From the NCBI GenBank assembly GCA_013265495.1, contig MU058844.1, positions 11,244,184 to 11,308,183 of the forward strand: 64,000 nucleotides of DNA, in the 5' to 3' direction. Shown piece by piece: positions 38,431 to 52,420 of the stretch (within the stretch, counting starts at the first letter, position 1; the number at the start of each line of letters is the position of its first letter). The position numbers were made by a program, and so were the translations under genes. This stretch comes from Vicugna vicugna (taxonomy: Eukaryota). The notes beneath the pieces were generated by a model. It was not told where the DNA came from. It ran no database searches and saw only the letters and a list, made by a program, of their open reading frames with translations.

Positions 38431-41019
38431 CTTGAAATAGGGGATTCCTAGTATTTCCTTATTAAATACGAATTTTATGTGAGGATAAAATGACTTCTGC
38501 TTCTCATTTAAGGTGGAACATTATATCACTTCAAGCAGCCAAAGTACAGTCGTGAAGCAATACATCAATATTAGCACATTTAGGGTTTTAGCAGCATCAA
38601 GATTTATGAAAAAAATCTAAGATAATTAGTACTCCAACTTTTGAGGGGAGAGATTCCTGAAAAGTGAAGTAATGCCTCCAAATCTCAGAGGATGAGTCTT
38701 GGAAGACACCGGTAGGTCAGGAGTAATCTACCATGCTCACCTTTGATTTGTTTGACTTTATTCTTGCCACTCTACCTATGGTGAAGTGATCTAATTTCTT
38801 CCACAAGAGACTATAAATATCAATTTGCAATGGCTTAAAAACAGAGATAATCAAATAAAGGCCAGAAGCTTTGTAATAGTCTGGTAAAATGAAGTTTCTG
38901 AGTGGAATTATTCTGTCTAATACTTGAGCAGCATTAGTGAAACAAGGACCTTGAAGATGGTGCTGAGAACAGACAGGAAGGAATAGAATAACTTCCAAGG
39001 AGGATTTTTAGGAGTTAAAGGAGAAGAATGGGAGATAAAGATGTAGATCGCAGTTAAAGAAAAATTTTGAAAAACAAGAGATAGAGTCAGTTCACAGCCC
39101 TACCATTTACTGGCTGCGGATATATGACCCTAAGTTTCCTTAGGTATAAGGATCAAATAAGGTAAGTACTGTGTACACTAAAATGAGAGCAATGATTCGT
39201 ACTCCAAAGGTCGTTCTGAGGATCAAATGAGATAATTATCTAGTATAGGAACAATTAATTCTTGGGAAGCTATTACTGTAGGAATCATTATAGCATTAAT
39301 ATGGATATAGATTTGGAATGAGATCCTAGTTTTGTCCTCATTAGCTTGTGAATTTAGAGAAATAGCCAAACCCACCTTAAGCCTCGCTTTTATCATGTGG
39401 ACAGGGCCCTGGTAAAGGATTAAATGAAACAATGCACTTTTTATCTACTTGTCAATTGCCCCCTGAAAGTCAGATAAGATTGATTAGAATTCCCATGCAG
39501 TACCCTATGAACAATCCAAGACCTTCACCAATACATGTACTAAATTTGGGGTAAGTCGGGAGGAAAAGGGATACAAGGGTAATATTTAATGTCACTAAAG
39601 AAGATATTTATTGAAGTTATGCTTTTTCTTATCTAATACTCCCCTAAAAGGGCAAATCAACTTTTACCCTGAGCATGTAAATTTTCTTTAGCAGGTGATT
39701 TTTCTCCCTTTAGAATAAGTAAATGGTATTTTAATATGCCCTGCTATTTGGAGCAAACATTCTATAAATTTAAAATATATATATTATATATATATAAAAT
39801 ATATATATTTATGATAAAACACAGTCCAAATGGATAAATATTTTACTTTAGTAAACTTACTCCCTTGTGTATAAAACAAAACCTGTTAAACTAACAGGTA
39901 TCAGACTCCCTCTCCTATGTCAGAACTGAGGACATAAACCAGTGAGAGACATTCACCTGCTGTTTTTAAAGAAACAGCCTAAGAGAAATTCATTAACCTC
40001 TGTTGTGGGGAGAGAGGTGTGTTTGAGCTGAAGGTGGGAAAGGCTGTCAGTGAAAACTCTGGACAATTACAGAAAGGAGTTACTCGGGTTGACCATATAT
40101 TCATTGCTTTCTTATGACCCACTGACAGTCTGATATCTCCAGAGTCAAAAATGGAAACTCCCAAGACTGTGCCATGGTCTAGAAGCTTGGTCCATCCCTA
40201 GGAGAAGCACACCAGACTCATGAGAGTCTTCTACCCTTGGGCAAAAGATGGAGGAATGGAGAGTCCAGGTGTATGACGTCATTGGTATGATTTCCTTTTT
40301 TGATCTCTCATTCAATAAACAAACTTTTTAATAGTTTCTGATAATGGTATCATGGGATGTTAGTGGCTAACACTGGAATCAACTATGAATCTGTTATGGT
40401 TAGCTATAGGTGATGTTTCACAGCATTTTCCCCTGGCTTCTATTTCTGACTACTATTTACATTCCTTTACCTCTGCTATATAGCATTATCCTCAACTCCA
40501 ATCTTTGAGTTCAAAAAAAAATTACAACCATAAAATTAAAATCAACGGCAGATAATAAAGCAATGAAACAAAACAATATTTACCAAGGTGTCTATGTGAC
40601 TGAAAGTTTGGAGGAGACGAATATGGTTTTACACCAGAGGGACAAAAACATCTTTAAATTGATTGTTATTTACTGCCCTTGGGCCACTCTGAGATTTAGG
40701 GATTCCATGTAACCCATTCCTCCTCTCTCATCTCTTCCGTGACAAAAGCAAAAACATACAGACATAAACCCAATAATGACACTACCTTCCATTTCCTAAT
40801 GCAGAGCAATTTGGCTCTCCATTGCCCCTGCTGTCAGCTCAGGTCAGCGCTTCCCTTTACGTGTCCAGAAATTCAGCAGAGGCTTTCAAATGACTGCTTT
40901 GAAGAGCCTGGTTAACTTCTTGGACCATACAAAGTGTTTCATCTTTTTTTATCTATAACCATCTGAGAAAATGGGGGATTGAAGCTAAAGAAGAATTATT
41001 ACTTTGTACCAACACTGGT

Positions 41020-41180
41020 CAAAGAACCATGAATATATTAACTCATTTAATTCCACATTTCTCCTGTAAGATTGGCATTATTATTATTATTATTTTTTGC
41101 AGACAAGGATGCTGCACAACGGAAAAAAATGAAAGAACATGCCCACTGTTACCCAGCAAGAAAGTGGTAGAATTGGGAAG
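41020..41180 (-). mobile_element. MIR SINE
   Basis: atattaactcatttaattccac...ttttttgcagacaagga...tgcccactgttacccagcaagaaagtggtagaattggga. Confidence 0.65.
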
Positions 41181-41420
41181 AAGGTAGATTTTTTTTCAGT
41201 CAGTGTAGGCTAAATTTTGCTATAAAAAATTAATCAATCAGTAAATCAATTCAGAATTTCAGTAACTTGATCCAATAGTCTTTGGCACCAACTTACTGGA
41301 ATTTGGAAACAGCAAATCATATTGAAATGTAAGCCTGTGAGTGAGCTTGATTTTAAGAAATCCCTATTATGTGTAGCCACAATTCCCAGGTACCTGCTTA
41401 CTTACCATTTGAAAATAACT

Positions 41421-41791
41421 TTTTTTTTCACCTTTTCACTTTTTATTGAGGTATAGTTGCTGTACATTATTTAAGTTACAGGTGCACAATACAGTTATTC
41501 ACAATTTTTAAAGGATATACTCAATTTATAGTTACTATAAAATACTGGTTATATTCCCTGTATTGTATATCCTTATAGTTTATTTATTTTATTTTCTTAT
41601 TGACGTGTAGTCAGTTTACAATGTTGTGCTAATTTCTGATCTACAGATAATGATTCATTTACACACACACACACACATATATTTCTTTTCATATTCTTTT
41701 CCATGATAGGTATTGACTATAGTTCCCTGTGTTGTACCACAGGACTTTGTTGTTACTCTATTTTATACATAGTAGTTAGTGTCTTCAATGG
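41421..41791 (-). mobile_element. Composite of two L1 3'-end fragments of different subfamilies
   Basis: Two antisense 3' termini (ttattgaggtatagttg at ~41443, ttattgacgtgtagtcag at ~41597); outer 10-bp TSD gaaaataact at 41411-41420 and 41792-41801. Confidence 0.85.
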
Positions 41792-41904
41792 GAAAATAAC
41801 TCTCTTAATTATGCAAAAGTGGAATGATTCTTTGCTTCCTCACCCAGAGAGTCACTAGAGTACGGCACAGAATTACCACAGCAAAGCTAACCTTGTAGAA
41901 AATA

Positions 41905-42095
41905 AGACTGTGCACAGTATAGAAAAGACTGTGCTGGGTTCAAATCCCAGCTCCACCACTGACTGCAGATGAGGTCTTATGTTAGTTACTGAGCTCTTCC
42001 GGGTTTCAATTTTATCATCTTCAAAATGAGGATAATGACACTCACCCAAAAGGACTGCTGTCAAGAATAAATAAGTAACATGCTAAGTGGCTAGG
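41905..42095 (+). mobile_element. MIR SINE (a second, weaker MIR follows at ~42110-42270)
   Basis: ctgggttcaaatcccagctccaccactgactgc...tttcaattttatcatcttcaaaatgaggataat. Confidence 0.78.
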
Positions 42096-43489
42096 AAATT
42101 TGTTTGGGGGATGCAATAGTCTTAGGTTCAAATTCTCGCTCTGACATCTAATGCGTGTACAACATGAGGGCACTTACTAATTTCCTAACACGTGGAATAG
42201 CAATAATAATACCACCATGAATCTCACAGAGTTATGGGAAGTTCAGAGATAAAATACAGAAAAGTTTTAGTTGAACAGCTGACCTTAGAGGCAAAATCCA
42301 TGATATTTCTAAATCTTTTTTTTGAGTTATTATTAATTACCCCTGACCTCAATCAGCTTAAACCTCAAACAAAATAATCACACATCATTCATCTCTTTTA
42401 AATCCCTCCACTGACTCACCAGTGCCTTCTGTGCAACATTTTAATTTCAGTTCCTAACGTTTCATGTATCTGCACAGCAGGTAACCTAAGCAGCTCTTAG
42501 TCCTTCCTGTATGGGTTTCTGGGTACAAGGAGGTCTCAGATCATTAAGGCATATAGTATGCTAGATGCTGTATAGAAAATTGAGAAAACCAGTTCTTGCA
42601 ATCTGACATCTCAAATTGACTTCGTTATATAACACAGAATTGATTGCTCAGTTTCCCCATCATTTTTTTTTTCTTGCTCAGACACTCAGATGCCCTACTT
42701 CCATTTTTCTGTCTCTTCACAGCTTTCTACAGCTGTCTTAACTGGAATAGCTCTGGAGCTTAATTAAAACAATGAGTATCTAGTTTATACAATTTGTCCA
42801 GGTGAACAGTGTAACCTTGTAGTGATTATTTATTGATGTGAGCATTAAACTCATGCACTTTCAACTGTAGAGGGCTAAACAACATTTTCCCTTTTAAATA
42901 TCTTGATACTCCTGTTGAAGAATTTAATTGATATAAGAAGACAAGAACAACATGACAATCCTCTAGGTCTTAACTGTTATAGCCTAATGAGAAGGAAGAA
43001 GTCAAATATCATCCACATAAATCTCTGGTGCATCTTCAGAGCATCAGACTTTTTTTTTTAAGCATGTTTTACTGATTATTTTGAAAAGGTATTATTACTA
43101 ATTTAAGTAAACATGTTATGCTTATATCTTATTTGTGTTGGTTATTACAGTTAGCTGCATAGTGATAATACATTTAATTTTGCAACAAATACTTGAACTA
43201 GGTATTAACTAGTTACTTGGTTAACAGAAGAGGCTCTGTGTCCTAAGGGAGGACTAAAAGATGAGAAGAAATTTTCAGGGAAGGTAGAAGAATTTTTCAA
43301 ACTTAAAGGAACGTGATGGCCAAAGACCTTAGGGCTGAAATGGCAAAGAGTGGTTTGATCCCCTAAGACCCTGGGTTCCATATTTAAGAATCTTGGTCTT
43401 TATCTTAAATGAAGTGACCCTCAAAGTCATCCAGTAGGAAAAGGTTTAAAGGACCAGAAAACTCATAATTTATAACAAAGCATGGCTAT

Positions 43490-43800
43490 TAAAGCAAGGT
43501 ACCTCAGCATGCAAAGGAACACATAAAAAGTCCCCTAATGTCCACCTGGGGTGTCAGGAAAGGGTCGTCAGAGAAAGTGATGTTGATCCCAAGACCTGAA
43601 GGTCGAGGAAGCAAGGTGAAGAAGTAGAAAGGATGTTGCTCACAGAAGGAAAAACATGCAATGGCAAAGGGAGACTGGAAACAAGAGCAGTTATGCAGTG
43701 GGCAGTGTGCGGGGTGGAGAGCAGAAGTCTGATGAGAGGCAAGAGATGAAGTGGGATGGGTGAGCAAGGTCTGAACCAGGATGGCCTTTAACCACCACAG
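43490..43800 (-). mobile_element. L2 remnant
   Basis: ggggtgtcaggaaagggtcgtcagagaaagtgatgttgat...gacctgaagg...catgcaatggcaaaggg. Confidence 0.65.
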
Positions 43801-46800
43801 AACTGTTCGGTTGATTCTAGCGCCAGAGGGGATAGTTAGGGGAGTATCTTCCCTCCTGCCCTCACAGTTCTCTTCCTCTTAGAGTCAACACAGACAAGTG
43901 AAAACCACTCTAGCACACTCCATTTACTTCTTCAACAGATCTTTCTTGTTAAGCGCCTACTTCGTGCTAGGCAGAGGAGCAGGCAAGAAAACAGGCAACA
44001 GACTCACTCCAGTCTTCCACGTGTTCGATGGTTATTTTGTTAAGGATCTACTGTGCGATGCATGGCAGGGATACACGATGGGGGAAATGCAGATCTGGCC
44101 TCTGCTCACATCGAGCCTCAAGGGAGTTGTGCGTTACACTAGGGAGAGGCTCGTGGTGCTTGGAAACAGAAAGGAGGGGCGCCCAAGGTGATTTTCGTCT
44201 CTGTGTACTCTCTACGACAGAGGGGCAGGCAAGAGATAAAAAGCACTGTCAAGACAGATTTTTCAGCAATGAATAGGAAAAAGAGGAAGAGCTTTACAAG
44301 GACAGGAAGAGAGAAAAACCAGGGGCTGTCCAGGAACTGCTCTACAGGATGTCAACTCTAGGACAAAACCTGTGAAAAATGGAGAAGACGGCCCCTGTTC
44401 AGAAGCCTTCCTCCCTACTTCACAGAAAGAGCCAGATTTATTCCTCTGTTACATATAAAACCAGTCTCATTAGTCGACATTAGGTTAAACTTGACAGGAT
44501 CTAGGGACTGGACTGGGGGGCATTACTATTTTAGTCTTAAATAGCTTTATTTCTATACCACTAATGGAGAGTAAATCAAGGGCTTATGAGAGTTCTGCAG
44601 CTGGTAAGGGGAAGCATGATGCAGATAACTATTTTTATTTAAATCAATGTGTTGTATTCATAGAGAATAGGGCAGGATGCTGCAGCTGCAAGAGGGAATT
44701 TAAAATTAGAGCAGCTTCAATAGTGCTGTTCACGATTTCATCCAAATCCCTGAGACTTGCCCTATAGTAAGCATCTTTTTTTAACATTTGTGATGTGTGA
44801 GTATGTGCCTGCACACACATTTAATATTTCATGGGAAATTGAGACTAAACCGCTCCAGAGTCTGAAAATAAAACTATTGTCTGTGGGATAATGATCAGTC
44901 TCTGTCTCTCCCTGTCTCTCTCTCTCCCTCCCTCCTTATGTCCACTGCTACATAGTCACGTCAAAACTGTTAACCTCATAGCTGCTGCTTCTATAAAGAA
45001 GCAACATCATTCAATTTCCAGTATCTGAACAGGTCTTGTTTATTTCACATAAAACAGAATTATAAAAACTTTAACTCCAGTGTTATCTGACCAAAAATAA
45101 TTGCTGTATTTCAAAGAGTTGCTTATGTAACCCAGATGTCCCAGATTTCCCCAGGTTTCAAGGGTCATCTTTCCCTTTAAGGCCCAAATCAGAATAGTCC
45201 AAATCCTGACCCTGTTTATCCATAGGAGTCTGGTGTTTTTACTGGGTTTCCTTCTTCACATATTTCTGGGAACCTTCACAGATGACCTAGGTTAGAGAAA
45301 TAATAGTGTACAACCCTGCTTACCAAGGTATGGTCCACTTCGATGATAATGTCATTGCTTTGTATCTGCAGAGCCTTTTACAAAGCACAGGCTCATTCAT
45401 CGTCTTGTTTATCCTCATATTATGTTGCACACAATGCCACTTGGATGCTAATGACAGACAGTTTTAATGGTGGCTTGGCTCCACGTTTTAGGATTGTCTC
45501 AAGTCTCGCGAGGCTGTTACAGTTAAATGAGCTAATGCATGTGAGAAAACAAAAGGATAAAGTGTGTTCCAAATAGACTGTTGTTCTGCTCAACACAGTT
45601 AAAGGTGTTCTGGGCCAGGCTCTCCCTTCTGTTCCATTCTTTGGATAATGATCAGATTCTCCCTCTGCTTGTCGCATCGACTACACTGCCAAGCATACGA
45701 AGATGCTTTGTTCTGAAAATTCCTTTGCTGATAGTCTAAGGCATTATATCATGATGGCATTTGAAGTTTCTCAGCTCAAGGGAGAACTCAGGCAATTTGA
45801 CAATCCTGGCTGTGGTACATATTTCTGCAGACCGCCCAGCCCCTTTGGCCAAGCTCTCAGCATCTCTGGGGAGAGCAGGCCTGCCACTGGTAAACTCAGC
45901 AAAACAACAAGGCCACTGATTGATTTAGGAAGTGACAAATGTGTCAGGATTCTCCTCTGAGAAGCTGTGGAAATCTGGCTTGTCCAAACATCCTTGGCAA
46001 CTGCTACGAAGTCCTTCCAATTGTGGTTAAGTTGTAGTCTGGCTAACTAATTCAAAAGGAACTCATGCGTGGCCCAATTTGGTGCCAGTCTTGCATAGAA
46101 ACACCCAATAATATGCCATGGAAGTAAGCAGCATTTGCTTTAGTCTCACAAAAGGCAGGAGTGGAATTCTTCCTTGAATCACCTCAAGTGGAAGGGGGTG
46201 ACCCTACAGGGAACATGAGCATCCCCTAAATGGCTTGGGTCAGGAAATGATATTGAAGGAAGAATTAATCTCTAATAAACACGCACTCCATCCTTCGGTG
46301 TATTCACTTTATGCCAGTTTCTTCTTTAATGATCCTCCTCCTTCCAATGCAATTTACCTGTAGTTCTCACACAAACCACCCTTCTGATTCGGACTCATGA
46401 TTTTGTCCTCACTTCCTGCCACTCATTACCGATGACCTATGAAAGCTCTCTTCTGAATATGTTTCTTCAGGAAAAATATTTTACTACAGTTTTTGGCTCC
46501 ATTCCATTTTACTTATACAAGGTAAAAAAAATTATGAAACAACCCATTATTTACATGCACTTCCCTTCTTTATAAATATATATAAAGTATTTAAATGAGT
46601 AATATATATATTCAAGAACTCTTGGTCAATAAAGGGGAGAACTATTAAAATTAAATTTAAATTAAGGAAAGGACAGAAAAAGCTGAGCACAAAAATATTA
46701 TCCATCAGTGAAAATACACAGTTCATAAACCATAGCTAAAATGCATACACTGATGTTCATAAGGTGGAATTCTACAACTGTGCTTTTCACAATAGTTGCA

Positions 46801-47989
46801 TATACTTTTTAAGACAGTATTTCACTCGATCATCCTCCAGTCTTACCAGTTGTGAAGGAGAGAGAAATGTATTTTTTAATCTATTTCTAAGAAGGAATAA
46901 ATATTTTAAAAGAGAGACTGTTAGAGTATCTACTCCCTATAGCATATCAAAGTCCAGAGTTTTGTTTTTAAAACTATAACTGGTTTGTGACCTTTAAGCA
47001 TATGTCTCTCACCTTTCACTAGATATTTGAATATAATCACCTTGAAAACCACTATCATCATCAATACCCATTGATTTTGTCTTTATCCTACGTGAAAGAA
47101 AAATCAATGGTGCTCGAGAAACTAAAATGTTCTCAAACCCAAGTAATTGAAAGACACAGGGCTACACTCTCATGAGTCTGAGAGAAAAAAAAATCAATAA
47201 TTAAGAATAAGGAAAAGCATAAAACTAAGATTATCTGGCTCAGAAGTTAATCACTGATTGCTAGCTGCAGTTTGTATTTGTTTGGTTTGGTTAGCCCCGA
47301 ATCATTTGAACGTCTTTTGGGTAAATGGGGAATTGCCCACACTGGGAGTTTCATTCTTCTCAAGTCTACCCCAGGGCTCACTGTGTCTGCCTTCCTCACC
47401 GCTAGGACATTGGGAGGTGGCTCCGATCGCCAATTAGACACACTTGTGGGAGGCAGCTAGCAGAAACAAGAGGACTCTTCATGAGACAAGCAGAAACAAC
47501 AAGAAGTGGGCAGGTGCCGAGTCCATCTTTCAGTGACTAACATGGTAAGGGAGTAAGACCTTTTGAGAGGAGCAGCGGTGGAAGTCTCTGGTCTGGCCAT
47601 TGTTAGCAACAGTGGTCCAAACCATGCTGACTCAGAAGTACGCTGTCTGTGCAGGCTGGGGACGACAGGGATTTCTGCAACAGTTCGCGCGGCCGAGCTG
47701 GGGAGTATTCCTGGCTAGTCTCCGGCTCTCTGGAAGACACTCTGGACTCACTAACAAACTTTAACAAATTTCTACCACCTGAGAACTTTGAATGATACAC
47801 TAAGCAACCATTTTCTCATTGTATGTAAACACAGTGTTCTAACTCTGTTCTCATTTTTCTGACTTGCCAGTCCATTGTTCAGTATAACCTTAACGTCACC
47901 ATCTGTGGGTCAAATGTAACCCACCCCCTTCCACAATATTTGAGGGCCCTCTGAGCCGCTCTTTTCTTTTTCAAATGATTTCTCACCTT

Positions 47990-48166
47990 TAAGCAAAGTA
48001 TATACTTTACTATGTTTAATACTTTTGCTTATCTAACCACATCCTTCTCTGAAATGCATGAGCTCCATGGGGCCAGACACTGTAGTTTGTTTGGGACACT
48101 GATGTATCCCCAAAGGGTCAGGCTCATGGTTGGGGCTCAATTAATATTTCTGAGTGAATGAATGAA
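47990..48166 (+). mobile_element. L2 3' end
   Basis: tgagctccatggggccagac...cactgatgtatcccc...gctcaattaatatttctgagtgaatgaatgaa. Confidence 0.75.
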
Positions 48167-48964
48167 CACAATATATTAATTTGTCTTTATGCTTCTAAAG
48201 GATCTAAGGACAGATAGGTCCTAACAGCATTTTAAACAGACGTATGCTGGCGTGGTTTCCTCATTTCGCCTTCCAGAGTCCTTGGCCTTTTGGTGAGCCC
48301 AAGAACTTAGATCAAGCAAATCTTAAATGTAGATCAAAGAGATTCCCCTCTCTTCTACTAATTAGCCTTCATCAGAGGAAAATCCGTATCATTAGCTTGC
48401 TTTTCCTCTACTAAAATATTTTGCTATTATTATACAGATGCTCTCCTGAACGCCCTTATGCCTAATTACCAATGGTCTATATAAAAATGTCACAATATCA
48501 TTAAAATAGCATTATCATGTAAGGATTTCAAATCAACACATTATTCAGCAAGTGGACTATTATCTCAAAGCTAGTGGCAGGAAAAACTTTGAAGTGAGTT
48601 GCCATCAAAACAACTAGGAAGTATTTACTCAGTAAAACTGATTGAAAGTGGAAAGCTATGAAATATTTTAAAGTTATGTTCAGAAATAAAGTAACTGCAT
48701 TTCGAGGAAGTTTACGAATTTATCCTCTCTCACATGAAATAATGTTCTTTCAGTACGATTCACAATTGGATCAAGTTCCTTTTCTCTTTCTATACAGAAT
48801 GGAAAGCACTTTCCAAGGAGCTGGAGAAGATATCTAAAGTGCTCTGCCAAGCACAGAATACTGACAATTAATGCAATTTATTTTAGTAAAGACTTCATAA
48901 GGTTGAGGGAAAAAAAAGAGAGAAAAAAGGAAAGAATACAAATATGCTTATGGAATATTATCAT

Positions 48965-49160
48965 GGGTCAGAATTCGTGCTGGGTACTTTATATGTGTTC
49001 CTTTTCATTACCCTCATCATATTATAAGAGAAAGGCATCGACATTATTACTGCTGATTGAGAAAACTGAGTCCTTGAGAATTGTCTAAGTCCACGCAGCT
49101 AGTAAAGGGGACACTTAGAAAAACTCTGACTTTCAAGCTGTTATTGTTTGAACTGCACTG
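48965..49160 (-). mobile_element. MIR SINE
   Basis: gtgctgggtactttatatg...gagaaaactgagtc...ttgtctaagtccacgcagctagtaa. Confidence 0.65.
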
Positions 49161-50659
49161 CACTGACAAGCTAATGACAAGGCTAATGAAAAATTGCCAT
49201 TAGGGCCTTTCTTGCCTCTGAGTGACAATGGGAGAAAGAATCTTTTACACAGGCTTGAAAATTCCCAAAGGACTTGGAGAAAACTACTGGCGTGTTTTAG
49301 ACATGTCAGCTGTCACGGCATAAGAGAATTGTGGTAAGACAGGAATGCTGATTTGAATCCCAAGAGAATAAAACGGACCAAAAGTTCAAATTTACTTTAA
49401 AAATGTGTTTTTGGCTCTGGCCATCTAATTGTATTTTTGGATTGGATTCTTTTATAAACAGAAACTCAGATAACAAGACAAAGAAGTCAAGTGAAAGAAT
49501 GAGAGAAAGTATGTAACTTTGTTTACTTCATAAGCAGCATAAACTAGCTCCAAAAATTTCATTTCTTGGTAAACAACTCTCTTTTTGTTTTTATGAAGTA
49601 CTGCTTATAAACAAAATCTTCATTTGAATAACAAGTGCTTCATGAAATTTCCTAAGTCAAACTAATTTTCTCCCCAGAGAGACTTCCTGTCCCAGCTTGA
49701 CCTAAGCCTGATAATATATACTCCTTTGATCCCAAAGAGACTAATCAAACTGCATCAGTCTGCGACACTCAAAATTTGACTTTCATGAGAAAAATTTATA
49801 AATTTGTGTTTACAGATGTAATTAACATTATGGTTCATTTCCACTGAAACTTTTAAGAAGCTATTATTGAAGATGTTATTTGAAAAATATTCTTGTATCA
49901 GGACATTTTCCATAAAACCTATATATTCCAAAAAATATCATCAGAGGAGAAATATAGTCCATTACAGAAATCTATGCATTTTAAGAATTTGTGCATCAGT
50001 TCAATACACTTTTGTCTAAAAATCAAACAAAAAGTTACTCAGTTGTCTGCAAGTGTGGCTGTTTTGTTTTTTGTTTTTTTGGTAATTGACTGAATGAGAA
50101 ATCAAAATGTGTCACCTACATTTCAAAACCAAAAGCATGACTCAGAATTGAATTTATTACCAAAGCCTATCAAACTCCCTCTAAGCTAATTTTTGACTAA
50201 TCACACAAAAAATAGAAAGTATTAATTATCTCACAAATTACCAATACATTTTCTCTGTCATTAAAAATCAGCCATAAATCAGATAAACAAGTATTTGGGG
50301 GTTTTTTTAATGGAAAAAAAGAAACAAGATGAAACGCATACAACACAAGATAGCCCTTTTCCTGAAGGTTAATTTTATAATGTTTCATAAAATCTTAAGT
50401 CCTAACCATCTCCGTGAATTATAAATTCTTTTGCCACCAGCCACTTCATTCTAGTGAAACTCATTTTTATACATAATAAATATGGTGAGTTTTAAAAATC
50501 TAGTTGAATAAATTATTTGAATATTTGGGAGCTCTTCACATTTGACTATATTAGTATCACTGGAAGCACAGAATGGCTCTACTTCACCTGGGATGCTCCC
50601 ATACTCTACGTCAAGTTCAAGTTCCATACTGTGGTTTTTAAAAAACACTGACTCCTTGA

Positions 50660-50795
50660 CATGCCATGTGTTCTGTGGAACAGCAGTCTCTCCATTACTG
50701 AAGAACTTGTTAGAAATGCGGACTCTTGGGCCCATCCCCAAACTACTAAACAACAGTCTAACAAAACGCCCAGGTTATCCATATACACAATGAAA
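50660..50795. mobile_element. MER5A-like hAT-Charlie MITE
   Basis: aacttgttagaaatgcggactcttgggcccatcccca...aacaaaacgcccaggttatccatatacaca. Confidence 0.7.
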
Positions 50796-51219
50796 ACAAA
50801 GAGTGTCAATGACTTTGTAACCAGCCTTGAATGTTTTGGTTATCCAAACCAGACCCAGTGGGGAAGTGTGTGGCATCAGATGGTGATGGCAACGTGGGGA
50901 TTTGAAATTTGGGAAACAGAGTTTCTAGACTCTTATTATTCACTCTTTCTTAAGCCTACAATTACTCATCTGGTATAGCATTGCACTGTGTGACAGTCTG
51001 ATCTTCATTCTGGGAATGGATAGACCTTGATTGCTGTACTTTATACATCAGAGCTGAGAGATTAAAAACATGGCAGACAATGTGGCAAAATGGAAAGGCA
51101 TTCTATTTAGAGTCAGTCAGAAAGGATTTTAAATTCTGAATTGGCATTTTTAATAAGCTCTATGACAGTGGAGATTTTTTAGTTTTGGTTTCCTTGTTAG
51201 AAAAGTAAAAAGAAGCTAA

Positions 51220-51549
51220 CAGCCTCAGCTCCTAAAGGCCAGCCTCCAGTTCTTGCCATATGGTCCCCTCCAGCTCAGCAAAAGAGACTCTCCCTCACGT
51301 CCAATTCCTCTCGCACTATGAATATCCCTGCCTTCCTCCCCTTCCACCAGAGAAACCTCTCTGCTTTTAAGGAGCTCGTGGGATTAGGTTAGGCCCACTG
51401 GATAATTTCTCTTATTTTCAAGTCATCCAAGCTACATACCTTAATAACAGGAGTAAAATACATCAAATTCACAGATCCAAGGATTATATGTAGGGTACAC
51501 ACCAGAGAGATGAAAAACCTGAGGACATCTTAGAATCCTGCCTACCATA
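51220..51549 (-). mobile_element. MaLR LTR fragment, MLT1E/F-like
   Basis: ctgcttttaaggagctcgtgggattaggttaggcccactggataat...catcttagaatcctgcctacca terminus. Confidence 0.75.
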
Positions 51550-52070
51550 CCAGATGCAAATATAAAACTTTATACAAAATGTATCGGATTTTAGATGTAA
51601 AATCTAAAATTATAAACCTCCTGGAGGAAACACGGATAAAACTCTTCCCAATATGAGGATAGGTAAAGATTTATAAGGCAGGACATCCTGAAACACTAAT
51701 CAACTTTATATTTTAAAAGTAAAAAATTAAACTTTAACACAATTTCAAATCTGCTTTTTGAGAGACGTGTTTAGAAAGATGAAAAAGCAAGCTACAGATT
51801 GAAAAATTATGTTCAAAATATACACCTGACAAATGCCTGGTATTCAGATTATACAGAGAACTCATGACTCAATAACAGAAGAACGTCAAATTAAACTCAC
51901 ATAAAACATACAAATGTACAAGAAGCCCATGAAAAGATGCTCAGAATAACGATTTATAGCAATAATTTCATGATGATCCTACCACGTACACACACAAAAA
52001 CATCTAAAACTTAAATCACTGACAGTACAGAGTGATGTCAGGGATGTGGAACAACTGGAACTCTCCTGCA
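51550..52070 (+). mobile_element. Old L1M ORF2 3' remnant
   Basis: aattataaacctcctggaggaaa, catgaaaagatgctca, gggatgtggaacaactggaactctc. Confidence 0.75.
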
Positions 52071-52077
52071 TCCACAA

Positions 52078-52420
52078 AATTCAGTTTCCTGTAGTTCTAA
52101 CATGAAGTTTTCATCAGCTAGCTACTGATGCAGGTCGCTCTCATTTTTGAAAGGCTACCCACACTCCATGGCACATTCTGCCTCCATCTTTAAAGCCAGC
52201 AATGGCAGGGCAAACCCTCTCATGTTTCAAATCTCTAAATTTTCTTTCTGCAATCCTTTTCTTTTAAGTGCTCCCATGCTTCAGTTTAGCCCAACAAGAA
52301 TAATTCCCCTTTCCTACATAAAGTAATATAATTGTAGGAGTGACATCTCATCACATACACAAGTTCCACCCACACTCAAATGGAAGGTGAGGGTCACTGT
52401 GAGCCACTCTTAGAATTCTG
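52078..52420 (-). mobile_element. MaLR LTR fragment, MLT1E/F-like
   Basis: cctccatctttaaagccagcaatggc...ggagtgacatctcatcacata...ttccacccacactcaa...cttagaattctg. Confidence 0.75.
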
